Source: Eledone cirrhosa (lineage: Eukaryota). From it: a stretch of DNA of 64,000 bases. Location: positions 49,910,001-49,974,000 of the forward strand of contig OZ024745.1 in assembly GCA_964016885.1 (NCBI GenBank). Direction: 5' to 3'. The translations under genes and the position numbers were made by a program. A model generated the notes under the pieces. The model had not been told where the DNA came from and made no database searches. It worked only from the letters and a program-made list of their open reading frames with translations. Shown here piece after piece: positions 1 to 12,965 of the stretch; the stretch's first letter is position 1, and every line of letters starts with the position of its first letter.

Positions 1-426
1 TATATATATATATATTTTATATATATATATATTTTATATATATATATTTTATATATATATATATATATTTTATATATATATATATTTTATATATATATAT
101 TTTATATATATATATATATATTTTATATATATATATATTTTATATATATATATTTTATATATATATATTTTATATATATATATATATTTTAAATATATAT
201 ATTTTATATATATATATTTTATATATATATATTTTATATATATATATATTTTAAATATATATATTTTATATATATATATTTTATATATATATATTTTATA
301 TATATATATATATATATATTTTATATATATATATTTTATATATATATATTTTATATATATACATTTTATATATATATTTTTATATATATATTTTATATAT
401 ATATATATTATATATATATATATATA

Positions 427-460
<34 letters not shown>

Positions 461-547
461 TTTATATATATATTTTATATATATATATATATATTTTATA
501 TATATATATATATATATATTTTATATGTATATATATATATATTATAT
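1..547. repeat. (TA)n microsatellite with periodic TTTT interruptions
   Basis: Direct reading: TATATATATTTT-type units. Confidence 0.98.
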
Positions 548-888
548 ATCATCAACAGTTCATTTCAGTTTACGTCCGCTTTTTCCCTGTTTGCAAGGGT
601 GGGACGGGAACTGATTCTGGCTTGATTTCTACAGCCGGATGCCCTTCCTAACACCAACCTCATTTACAGTGAGTGCTGGGTGCTTTTTTGCGTGGCACCT
701 GCACGACCACTTTGCAGTGGAATGATATGGACCCCAGTCCCTATCATCTCATTTCTACAGCTGAATAAACTGGAGCAATGTGAAATAAAGTGTCTTGCTC
801 AAGGGAACAACACATCACCCAGTCTGAGAATTGAACTCAACATTTCCATTGCAAGGCCAATGCTCTAACCACTAAGCCATGTGCCTCC
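548..888 (-). mobile_element. tRNA-derived SINE with CORE-like body and RTE-derived 3' tail
   Basis: Minus strand starts GGAGGCACATGGCTTAGTGGTTAGAGCA (A box TGGCTTAGTGG) with B box GAGTTCAATTC. It contains CCTTGAGCAAGACACTT (CORE-like). The tail GGTGTTAGGAAGGGCATCCGGCTGTAGAAATC is shared with RTE 3' UTRs in this window. Confidence 0.8.
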
Positions 889-934
889 ATTTATATGTAT
901 ATATATATTTTATATGTATATATATATATATAAA

Positions 935-2471
935 TCCGAGGTTGGCCTTGCTAGTAAGAAAATCTTAAGAAAAATAATTCTCCAAATTAGAACTAACACT
1001 GACCTTTCACAGTGGCTAAATACTTCCTCTGTTATTTCTTGGTTCAATAATATACAAGGTAAAAATAAGTGTAGATTTACCCAATTTGATATTGTCGATT
1101 TTTACCCTTCTATTACTGTTTCCTTATTAACCAATGCCTTAGATTTTGCAAGACCCTTCATTAATATCTCTAAATTAGAAGAGGACATTATCTTTCATGC
1201 TAGAAAAACTTTACTCTTTACTAATGATAATATTTGGGTTAAAAAGTCAAACCCTGAAAGCTCTTTTGATGTTGCAATGGGTTCATATGACAGTGCGGAT
1301 GTGTGTGACTTAGTAGGATTATTCCTTCTCCACACACTCAAAGAGAAATTTCCGTCCCATAATATCGGTTTATACCGTGATGACGGATTAGCAGTTTCTC
1401 ATACCACCAACGGCCATAATCTTGATAAATTCCGTAAAGATTTAATTAATACTTTTGCTAATCTTAACCTTAAAATTACTATAGATACGAACCTTACTAA
1501 TGCTAACTTTCTTGATATTAATCTTGATCTACTTACTGCCTCTTTTAAACCCTATCATAAACCTAATGAAAATCTTAGGTATATACACAAAGAGTCTTGC
1601 CATCCCCCTATAGTTTTTAATAATCTTATTCCTAACATTAGCCGTAGGATTTCTACCTTATCTTCGTCTATAGACATTTTTAATAAAGCCGCCCCTTATT
1701 ATAATAAAGCCCTTAAGAACAGCGGTTTTACGGAAAAAAATTTCTTATTTACCTACTCCCCCCCCCCCTAAAACTAACCATAATAACAGGAAAAGGAAGA
1801 TTTGGTTCACACCCCCCTTCTCTCTAACTGTCAAAACTAATGTAGGTAGGAAATTCCTTGAACTATTAGACAAACATTTTCCTCCTATTCATAGATATTA
1901 TAAGATTTTTAATAGGAATGTAGTTAAGATCAGCTACTCTTGTTGCCCATCCATGAAGTCCAAAATCACCAGTTCAAACCGTACGAGGATAAATCCAGGA
2001 TGCAGTTGCAGGAAGCCGGATGAATGCCCATTGCAGGGTAAATGTAACACAAAATCTGTCGTTTATGAGGCTAAGATAACGCCAGTTATCAACAACCAGC
2101 CAGCCAGGAGTGAGCGATATGTCGGTATGACCCAGGACAGGTTTAAAACCAGATTTTACTCACATGTCGCTTCTTTTAAGCACTCTGATAAACGAACATC
2201 AACGGCCCTCGCAAGTAAGGTATGGGATCTCAAGGATAGTAATATCCCGTACTCTATTGATTGGTCTATATTAGACCATTCGAGGGAGTACCAAAGGGGC
2301 ACAAAGAATTGTTCTTTGTGCACCACAGAAAAGTATAGGATTTTGCTAAACTTGAGAGCCACTTCCGCTTGCCTTAACTCAAAGACTAAGATCTTCAGAT
2401 GCTGTCCTCATCTGAAATCGCATCTGATCTGTAACTGGATTGACACTCCTATGAGAAATCAACCGCCTTGA
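935..2471 (+). mobile_element. Penelope-like element (Hydra-type), 5'-truncated RT + GIY-YIG endonuclease, frameshifted near the poly-C at ~1760
   Basis: ORF 881-1771 has FDIVDFYPSI, AMGSYDS, GLYRDDGL, FLDINL, YIHKESCHP. ORF 1953-2471 has CSCRKPDECP (CxCx5C), VVY...YVG, FKTRFYSH, CSLC..E, CCPH. Confidence 0.93.
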
Positions 2472-2639
2472 ACTCCTTCTCTGCTCTTTACTTTTGCTAC
2501 GGTTTTTATTTTGCTGACTCTACCTTCTGTACTCTTGTATATTTAAACAATTTTTTTCTCCCTTACCTCCCCCTATATTTTACCTTCTCTTATGCCCCCC
2601 ACCCCCCATATATTCTTTTTGTTTTGCCCTTCACATACC

Positions 2640-2661
2640 TATGTGTATGTGTATGTATTTT

Positions 2662-2724
<63 letters not shown>

Positions 2725-3024
2725 GTGTATGTGTGTATATAATTGTATATTTGTGTGTGTATATGTATGTATATGTGGATAAACCAGGCTTTTTTTCATT
2801 CTGAAGATTGAAGAAAATTTTTTTTGCTTTTAAGAAACCTCTGGTGAATGGATTAATTGCCTTGTATGGCTTTATTACTTTACTACTATATATACGTTTA
2901 TGTAAGGTTCATTTGTCTTATCCAATACTGAGCTTTACACATACACACATGTATATGTGTGTGTGTATGTGTATGCATGGGTGTATGTGTACGTGTATGT
3001 GTATGCATGTGTGTATGTGTACGT

Positions 3025-3058
<34 letters not shown>

Positions 3059-3060
3059 GA

Positions 3061-3096
<36 letters not shown>

Positions 3097-3338
3097 GTAT
3101 ATATGTGTGTATGTGTATGTATGTATATGTGTGCGTGTGTATTTATTTATTTTTATGTATGTGTGGGTGTGTGTGTGGGTGTGTGTGTGTGTGTATGTGT
3201 GTGTGTGTGTGTGTTTGTATTTGGTTGTGCGTGCTTTTGATATATACGTATTTGCATGTGTCTAATTGTTTAGCTATGTATGTATATGTGTGTTTACGTA
3301 TTTATATGTGTGTGTGCGTTTATATTTTTATATTTTTG

Positions 3339-3401
<63 letters not shown>

Positions 3402-3761
3402 ATAATTACATATACATGTGTGTGTTTATATTATATACGTGTACGTGTTTGTGTATGTATGTGTATGTACGTGTTTATGTATTTGTATATGTATATTTAT
3501 GTGTGAGAGTGTGTGTATGTGTTTACTATTTCGTACGTATGTATATGTGCTTTTGTGTGTATTACTTACCACGCGTGTCTGTCCTGTTAGCTGGGGCATG
3601 TATCGCTGTCAAAAATTTGTTAATATATATTTATATATTTTTTTCTTATATTTATTTGCGTGTGTGAATATGTAGTGGAGTGCATTCATGTATGTGTATG
3701 TATGTACGTTGTATGTTTGTGTGAATGTATGTATGTGTATGTGTATGCTTGTACACACACA

Positions 3762-3851
<90 letters not shown>
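2640..3851. repeat. compound (TG)n/(TA)n/(TATG)n microsatellite region containing a short unique block with an HHR
   Basis: Direct reading. Confidence 0.9.
2795..2852 (+). ncRNA. hammerhead ribozyme motif, family B (cleavage triplet GUG, probably inactive)
   Basis: TTCATT-CTGAAGA-TTGAAG...CTTTTAA-GAAA-CC TCT GG-TG-AATGGA; about 330 bp 3' of the PLE stop codon. Confidence 0.75.
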
Positions 3852-3857
<6 letters not shown>

Positions 3858-3894
3858 ATTAAATAAATGGAAACTATATTTATAAAACCATATT

Positions 3895-3960
3895 TATTTC
3901 ACTATATATATTTCAGGGATATCATATTAACAATATGTTATGCCTTCTTCAGACAAAATA
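3895..3960 (-). ncRNA. minimal hammerhead ribozyme, family A
   Basis: Reverse complement of the 4051-4116 motif. Confidence 0.85.
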
Positions 3961-4050
3961 CAATATAGACAGTTTTATAGATAAATAGATTTGACATACC
4001 GTTCAACATCGACTTGTATTTGAAAAGTTGATTTAAAACTGTCTATATTG

Positions 4051-4116
4051 TATTTTGTCTGAAGAAGGCATAACATATTGTTAATATGATATCCCTGAAA
4101 TATATATAGTGAAATA
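4051..4116 (+). ncRNA. minimal hammerhead ribozyme, family A
   Basis: TATTTTGT-CTGAAGA-AGG(CATAACATATT GTT AATATGATATC)CCT-GAAA-TATATA-TA-GTGAAATA; palindromic short stem III, triplet AUA. Confidence 0.87.
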
Positions 4117-4374
4117 AATATGGTTTTATAAATATAGTTTCCATTTATTTAATATTGTAAATATACTCCAAATACTTGTCGAGTGCTTTTATATCAGTTA
4201 TAAATATTTACTAGTTGTAACCCAACAATTTAAATATAACTTTCCATATATATATATATATATGTAGGAGGTGAGTTTTATTGTAGTACAATAAAGCAAT
4301 GCAGATATCGGATAAGAAGCACTCTACAGTTGTAGAGTGCTTCTTATGTACATGTATATATATGTGTGTGTGTA

Positions 4375-4413
<39 letters not shown>

Positions 4414-4686
4414 ATGTATGAATGTATGTATGTGTATATGTGTGTATATATGTGTATGTGTGTGTAGGTGTACGTTTTATATATATATGTGTATATGTAT
4501 ATATGTATGCGTACATTTATATATATGTATATATGTGTGTGTAAGTATGCTTTTGTGTTTTTTTGTGTGTGTGTTTGCATGTGTAGTTTTATTTTATTTT
4601 TCCTTTCCTTCTCCCTTTTCCAGCCTCACTTTCATATAGATTGCATTTTTGTTTTTAGAATCCATATTCAATAACCAAACCAGGAT

Positions 4687-4748
4687 TTTTCATTCTGAGG
4701 ATTGAAAGCAAAACCTTTTGCTTTTAAGAAACCACTGGTAAATGGAAT
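4687..4748 (+). ncRNA. hammerhead ribozyme, family B (intact core, GUA triplet)
   Basis: TTTTCATT-CTGAGGA-TTGAAAGCAAAA CC TTTTGCTTTTAA-GAAA-CC ACT GG-TA-AATGGAAT. Confidence 0.88.
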
Positions 4749-4779
4749 AATTGCCTTATGTTGTTTATTACATAATAAT

Positions 4780-4846
4780 AATATATATATATATATATAT
4801 ATAAAATATATATATTTTATATATATTTTATATATATATATATATA

Positions 4847-4889
<43 letters not shown>

Positions 4890-5667
4890 ATATATATATA
4901 TATATATATTTTATATATATATATATATATATTTTATATATATATATATTTTATATATATATACATATATATATTTTATATATATATACATATATATATT
5001 TTATATGTATATATACATATATATATTTTATATGTATATATACATATATACATTTTATATATATATACATATATATTTTATATATATATATATACATATA
5101 TATATTTCATATGTATATATACATATATATATATTTTATATGTATATATACATATATATTTTATATGTATATATACATATATATTTTATATGTATATATA
5201 CATATATATTTTATATGTATATATACATATATATTTTATATGTATATATACATATATATTTTATATGTATATATACATATATATTTTATATGTATATATA
5301 CATATATATTTTATATGTATATATACATATATATTTTATATGTATATATATATATATTTTATATGTATATATATATATATATTTTATATGTATATATATA
5401 TATATTTTATATGTATATATATATTTTATATATATATATATATTTTATATATATATATATATTTTATATATATATATATATTTTATATATATATATATAT
5501 ATTATATATATATATATATATTTTATATATATATATATATATATTTTATATATATATGTATATATATATTTTATATATATATGTATATATATATATATAT
5601 TTTATATATATATATATTTTATATATATATATATATTTTATATATATATTTTATATATATATATATA
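4780..5667. repeat. (TA)n-based microsatellite/minisatellite
   Basis: Direct reading. Confidence 0.97.
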
Positions 5668-5669
5668 AC

Positions 5670-8210
5670 CATAGAATAGTCAATTTCCTAGATATAACAT
5701 TAAATCTCAACACATGTCTCCACTATCCTTTTCACAAGTTGAATTAAAACTTAAACTATGTCAACTTTAACTCTAACCACCCCAGATCTGTCAAAAACAC
5801 TATAGTAAACTCAGTTCAAAAACGTATCTCTAGGATCTCGTCGAATAGAAAGATTTTCGACGAAAAGGCCCAATACTATAATGAAGCATTAGCTAGGGCA
5901 GGATATGCTGATAAGATTGTGTACATAGATAATGATAGACAAACTAAACAAAGTAACAACTTTTTTAATTACGGCAACAACATTAACAACTATAATAGAA
6001 AGCATTACAATAATTCCAAAGGCCAAAAAAGAAATAGAACTAGGAACATAATTTGGTTTGCCCCCCCCCCTTTCTCACTAAACATTAAAACCCACATCGC
6101 TAAATTATTTTTCAAAGCTCTTGAACACATAGGTATCACTCAATTTTCAATAGGCATACAATTAAATTAACCTACTCATCCACCAACAATTTAGCACAAA
6201 ATATTAATAGAATAAATAATAGGAACTTAAAACCTAGTGATAATAGCATAAATAATATACAAGTTAACAAATGTAACTGTAGAGATAGATCTAAATGTCC
6301 GTTAAATAACAACTGCTTAGTTAAAAATATAGTATACAATTGTAATGTTAATACTGACTCTAATTCTTTTAACTACGTCGGTTCCACATCGACGGAATTT
6401 AAACTTCGCTATAATAACCACAAGAATTCTTTCACAGATCCAAGTAAAAAATCTTCAACGGCACTATCAGGCGTACTCTGGCAACTTAAGCTAGATAACG
6501 TTAGATATTCGACGGCTTGGAATATAGTCTCAAGGGGGATTCCTTTTAATTCATCCTCTGAGACATGTGACCTCTGCGCAGAGGAGATATTCTTTATACT
6601 AAAATCTAAAAATTCCCTTAATCTACGGACAAATTTATTCAGTTGTTGCAAACATAGATTAAACTCAACGTTTAAATATAAATTTAAATTTAAAATGTAG
6701 TATATTTAGTTTGATTTATATTTATATGGGAAACTAGCCGATAAATCTTTGATTCTCTTTTTACTCTTTTTATTTTTATTTTATTTATTTAAACATTCTT
6801 CATGAAAAATTAAGCTATCCTAAAAGTTGATGCTCCAAATATTTCGAATAAACGTTACACTAGATAAACTTCTATATTAAATATAAGAACACATGTAGAC
6901 CAAATTGGGCATCCTATACTTTTTGAAATGATCTTTGCTAGATGCGATTTGATAGATAATTTTTGGCTTTATCTGTTTTTCGACTCTGATGTTTATAATG
7001 AACTTGGCAATATATTGTCAATTAATTTTGAAGGGTTGATCTTTGTGGTTTATTTTATTTTTATTACTGTAGTATTTCCTAATTTTTATTTTTAATATTT
7101 TTAATATGTAAATTTTTTAATATGTAATATTTTTAATATGTAATATTCTCTCGTAATATTTCTTAGTTTTCTATTTTATTATTACTTATTATTATTATTG
7201 TTATTTTTAGTTTAGTTTTGTTTCCGATATATTTTTATTTTTATTTTTATTTTTATTTTTATTGGTATATCGAAATCTGCTCTATCTTTGCTTGATAGAT
7301 AATCTTGTAGAGTAGAGACTGAAATAGTAATATTGACTCTATATACACATATATGTATACTTAAATTTTTATACCGCATTGAGAATACTTTCCGTGAACT
7401 TAGAGTTTGCAGAATTGATCATGTACATTCACATAGATGTTTGTAATTATCACATAAACATATGAATTTTAAAAAAAAACTAAACATAAGATCATTAATT
7501 TTCACACATTGTGGATACATATCTCATTCAGGAATACTGATATTTACAATGCAGAGGCTGGTTTTGTAAATACTAATACCTCTACATTAAAACAGGTTTT
7601 TTACGCCTAGCCTGTGTCTGGATATTTTTGAATTTTCTCTCTCTCTTTTTTTTCTCTCTCTCTATATTTTTTCTCTCCCTATATAACAGCTGGTTTTCCC
7701 TCCATATATCTCCCTTACATTAATACTAGAGCTAAATAAATAAATAAATAAATAAATGTATCATTGATACGTTATTCAACAGTTGTCCCACTACCTAGCT
7801 TTCTATATATGTATCTATCTCTATTTCCTCTCTCTCTCTATATATATATCTCTTTCTGTTTCTTTACATGAAGTTCTTCTCTTTATCTATCTTTCCATCT
7901 CTCTATTTTGTTCCATGCATTTCTTCTTTTTCTTTCTCTTCGTTTTCTGTCTTTCTTTTCTTTTTTTCTCTCTTTTTCTCTCTTTCTCTCTCTTTCTTTC
8001 TCTCTGTGTACAATTTTGTCACAACCAAATCAACCTTCTCAAATGCAAGTAGATGTTGTTTACGGTATGTCGAATCTATTTATCTATAAAACTGTTTATA
8101 TTGTATTTTGTCTGAGGAAGGCATAGCATATTGTTAATATGTTATCCCTGAAATATATATAATGAAATAAATATGGTTTTATAAATATAGTTTCCATTTA
8201 TTTAATATTG
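5670..8210 (+). mobile_element. decayed Hydra-type PLE: RT thumb + GIY-YIG (to ~6700), long AT-rich 3' region ending in a family-A pseudo-LTR
   Basis: VNFLDITLNL, YVNFNSNHP, IIWFAPPPFS, CNCRDRSKCPLNNNC, IVY..YVG, FKLRYNNH, CDLC..E, CCKH; stops and frameshifts present. Assignment of 6700-8210 as its UTR is inferred. Confidence 0.8.
8104..8169 (+). ncRNA. minimal hammerhead ribozyme, family A
   Basis: TATTTTGT-CTGAGGA-AGG...CCT-GAAA-TATATA-TA-ATGAAATA. Confidence 0.88.
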
Positions 8211-8431
8211 TATATATATATTTTATATATATATATTTTATATATATATATTTTATATATATATATATTTTATATATATATATATTTTATATATATATAT
8301 ATTTTATATATATATATATTTTATATATATATATATTTTATATATATATATATTTTATATATATATATATTTTATATATATATATATTTTATATATATAT
8401 ATATTTTATATATATATATTTTATATATATA

Positions 8432-8463
<32 letters not shown>

Positions 8464-8738
8464 TTTATATATATATATATTTTATATATATATATATTTT
8501 ATATATATATATATTTTATATATATATATATTTTATATATATATATTTTATATATATATATATTTTATATATATATATTTTATATATATATATATTTTAT
8601 ATATATATATTTTATATATATATATTTTATATATATATTTTATATATATATATTTTATATATATATATTTTAAATATATATATTTTAAATATATATATTT
8701 TAAATATATATATTTTATATATATATATTTTAAATATA

Positions 8739-8797
<59 letters not shown>

Positions 8798-9181
8798 TTT
8801 ATATATATATATATATATATTTTATATATATATATATATATTTTATATATATATATATATTTTATATATATATGTATATATTTTATATATATATTTTATA
8901 TATATATATATTTTATATATATATATATATTTTATATATATATATATATTTTATATATATATATATATATATTTTATATATATATATATATATTTTATAT
9001 ATATATATATATATTTTATATTTTATATATATGTTTTATATTTTATATATATGTTTTATATTTTATATATATGTTTTATATATATATATATATATTTTAT
9101 ATATATATATATATTTTATATATATATATATATTTTATATATATATATTTTATATATATATATATATTTTATATATATATA

Positions 9182-9215
<34 letters not shown>

Positions 9216-9243
9216 TTTATATATATATATATATATATTTTAT
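8211..9243. repeat. (TA)n microsatellite with TTTT interruptions
   Basis: Direct reading. Confidence 0.97.
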
Positions 9244-9295
9244 TACATTATTACAAGGTATGTCACTAATCTATCTATCTATATCTTATCTTATA

Positions 9296-12200
9296 TCTAT
9301 ATATATAAAATTGTGGTTGTCTGTCTGTCTATCGATTTTTGGCACACATCTCCTCTTAGAATCTCTCACGGAATTGCACCGAAATTGCTATACTTGTACA
9401 TTGAGCCCTAGCGAAGACATCGGAAAAAAAAAATTTCAAATTGACCTGCCCTATGTGACGAAATCGAATATAATGTATCGATTTTTGAGCGTAAGTTATC
9501 AGTTATTTCCCTTTGTTCTGTTTACATTGAGCGTCTTACGTAAAAAATTACGCTGGCTTTCTCAGCGTTTGTCGAGCCAGCAAAATATTGACCTGCAAAA
9601 TTCATCAGTTCGAACACTAAGCTTCCGTTTTGCTTCATTTCCATTTAAAAGCATTTTAAAACAATATTTTTACTTGAAAACAAGTCTATTTAAAGACTAC
9701 GTAAAACAAGCAAATATTTCGTCGTTAGGCGTGCAGACAGACAGTCGTGCAGACAGACAGTCGTGCAGACAGACAGTCGTGCAGAGAGGTGATATACGCG
9801 TGCAGACAGATAGTCATGCAGAGAGGTGATATACGCGTGCAGACAGATAGTCGTGCAGAGAGGTGATATAGGCGTGCAGACAGATAGTCGTGCAGAGAGG
9901 TGATATAGGCGTGCAGACAGACATAACTGATAATTTGGTTACGCTAATGTTTTTCTCTGCGTTGCAGTGTTTACATTTTCGATCTTTGTTAATAAATAAC
10001 CAGTGCAGTTTTTATCCCCAGCATCCTCTTTTGTTATAACATTCGGGTTATCGTTATGTTTTCTTAACTTCATAAGGCATATTGTTGGTTGAGGGAATAT
10101 TAATCAAAAACACCACATGCAAGTCTGCACAGTAGACACTACAGTTTTTAAGCCAAAAAAGAAACTTAACATTGTAACTTTAACACAGCTACTGAGCGAC
10201 CCCGAGCAACGCCGGGCTTTACTGCTAGTCTATATATATAAAACTGTGGTTGTCTGTCTGTCTATCGATTTTTGGCACACATCTCCTCTTAGAATCTCTC
10301 ACGGAATTGCACCGAAATTGCTATACTTGTACATTGAGCCCTAGCGAAGACATCGGAAAAAAAATATTTCAAATTGACCCGCCCTATGTGACGAAATCGA
10401 ATATAATGTATCGATTTTTGAGCGTAAGTGATCAGTTATTTCCCTTTGTTCTGTTTACATTGAGCATCTTACGTAAAAAATTACGCTGGCTTTCTCAGCG
10501 TTTAAAATGACATTAACACAATACACGAACAGTTGAACACTAAGCTTCCGTTTTGCTTCATTTCCATTTAAAAGCATTTTAAAACAATATTTTTACTTGA
10601 AAACAAGTCTATTTAAAGACTACGTAAAACAAGCAAATATTTCGTCGTTAGGCGTGCAGACAGACAGTCGTGCAGACAGACAGTCGTGCAGAGAGGTGAT
10701 ATACGCGTGCAGACAGATAGTCGTGCAGAGAGGTGATATAGGCGTGCAGACAGATAGTCGTGCAGAGAGGTGATATAGGCGTGCAGACAGATAGTCGTGC
10801 AGAGAGGTGATATAGGCGTGCAGACAGACAGTCGTGCAGAGAGGTGATATAGGCGTGCAGACAGACATAACTGATAATTTGGTTACGCTAATGTTTTTCT
10901 CTGCGTTGCAGTGTTTATATTTTCGATCTTTGTTAATAAATAACCAGTGCAGTTTCTATCCCCAGCATCCTCTTTTGTTATAACATTCGGGTTATCGTTA
11001 TATTTTCTTAACTTCATAAGGCATATTGTTGGTTGAGGGAATATTAATCAAAAACACCACATGCAAGTCTGCACAGTAGACACTACAGTTTTTAAGCCAA
11101 GAAAGAAACTTAACATTGTAACTTTAACACAGCTACTGAGCGACCCCGAGCAACGCCGGGCTTTACTGCTAGTATATATCTATATATATAAAACTGTGGT
11201 TGTCTGTCTGTCTATCGATTTTTGGCACACATCTCCTCTTAGAATCTCTCACGGAATTGCACCGAAATTGCTATACTTGTATATTGAGCCATAGCGAAGA
11301 CATCGGAAAAAAAAATTTCAAATTGACCCACCCTATGTGACGAAATCGAATATAATGTATCGATTTTTGAGCGTAAGTTATCAGTTATTTCCCTTTGTTC
11401 TGTTTACATTGAGCGTCTTACGTAAAAAATTACGCTGGCTTTCTCAGCGTTTAAAATGACATTAACACAATACACGAACAGACAGTTGTCGAGCCAGCAA
11501 AATATTGACCTGCAAAATTCATCAGTTCGAACACTAAACTTCCGTTTTGCTTCATTTCCATTTAAAAGCATTTTAAAACAATATTTTTACTTGAAAACAA
11601 GTCTATTTAAAGACTACGTAAAACAAGCAAATATTTCGTCGTTAGGCGTGCAGACAGACAGTCGTGCAGAGAGGTGATATAGGCGTGCAGACAGACAGTC
11701 GTGCAGAGAGGTGATATAGGCGTGCAGACAGACAGTCGTGCAGAGAGGTGATATAGGCGTGCAGACAGACATAACTGATAATTTGGTTACGCTAATGTTT
11801 TTCTCTGCGTTGCAGTGTTTACATTTTCGATCTTTGTTAATAAATAACCAGTGCAGTTTCTATCCCCAGCATCCTCTTTTGTTATAACATTCGGGTTATC
11901 GTTATGTTTTCTTAACTTCATAAGGCATATTGTTGGTTGAGGGAATATTAATCAAAAACACCACATGCAAGTCTGCACAGTAGACACTACAGTTTTTAAG
12001 CCAAGAAAGAAACTTAACATTGTAACTTTAACACAGCTACTGAGCGACCCCGAGCAACGCCGGGCTTTTTGCTTCATTTCCATTTAAAAGCCTTTTAAAA
12101 CAATATTTTTACTTGAAAACAAGTCTATTTAAAGACTACGTAAAACAAGCAAATATTTCGTAAAAAAAAGCAAAAATTATATGTTTATTTAAAATATATG

Positions 12201-12659
12201 TATCTGTAAATTTCGTTAGGCGTGCAGAGAGGTGATATACGCGTGCAGACAGATAGTCGTGCAGAGAGGTGATATAGGCGTGCAGACAGATAGTCGTGCA
12301 GAGAGGTGATATAGGCGTGCAGACAGCCAGTCGTGCAGAGAGGTGATATAGGCGTGCAGACAGACATAACTGATAATTTGGTTACGCTAATGTTTTTCTC
12401 TGCGTTGCAGTGTTTACATTTTCGATCTTTGTTAATAAATAACCAGTGCAGTTTTTATCCCCAGCATCCTCATTCGGGTTATCGTTATGTTTTCTTAACT
12501 TCATAAGGCATATTGTTGGTTGAGGGAATATTAATCAAAAACACCACATGCAAGTCTGCACAGTAGACACTACAGTTTTTAAGCCAAAAAAGAAACTTAA
12601 CATTGTAACTTTAACACAGCTACTGAGCGACCCCGAGCAACGCCGGGCTTTACTGCTAG
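9296..12659 (+). mobile_element. tandem array of a ~0.95 kb non-autonomous Helitron (units 9296-10228, 10229-11172, 11179-~12068, partial ~12069-12659)
   Basis: 5' TC, subterminal (TGTC)n, 3' GC hairpin CCCGAGCAACGCCGGG then CTAG; outer flanks A|T; internal 37-bp minisatellite. Confidence 0.85.
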
Positions 12660-12685
12660 TTATTTATAAAACAGCTTATGTATTG

Positions 12686-12751
12686 TATTTTGTCTGAGGA
12701 AGGCATACCATATTTTTAATATGATATCCCAGAAATATATATAACGAAATA
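12686..12751 (+). ncRNA. minimal hammerhead ribozyme, family A (stem II closing pair mismatched)
   Basis: TATTTTGT-CTGAGGA-AGG...CCA-GAAA-TATATA-TA-ACGAAATA; pseudo-LTR continues to ~12885. Confidence 0.8.
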
Positions 12752-12883
12752 AATATGGTTTTATAAATATAGTTTCCATTTGTTTATTATCGTAAACCTA
12801 CTCCAGAAACTGTTGAGTGCTTTTATATCAGTTATAAAATATTTACTCGTTGTAACCCAACAATCTTAAATAAAACTTTTGCA

Positions 12884-12914
<31 letters not shown>

Positions 12915-12965
12915 AAATATTAAACAAATAATGAATAAACAATTCCTTATATTAAACAAAAAAAG

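Larger units (their letters stand above)
3852..4159. repeat. inverted repeat of PLE pseudo-LTR family A (arms 3852-3977 and 4034-4159)
   Basis: Arms are reverse complements by eye; the right copy continues to ~4246. Confidence 0.92.

Noticed and set aside
9730-9922. CRISPR-like repeat CGTGCAGA...
   Set aside because: Internal Helitron minisatellite without unique spacers.
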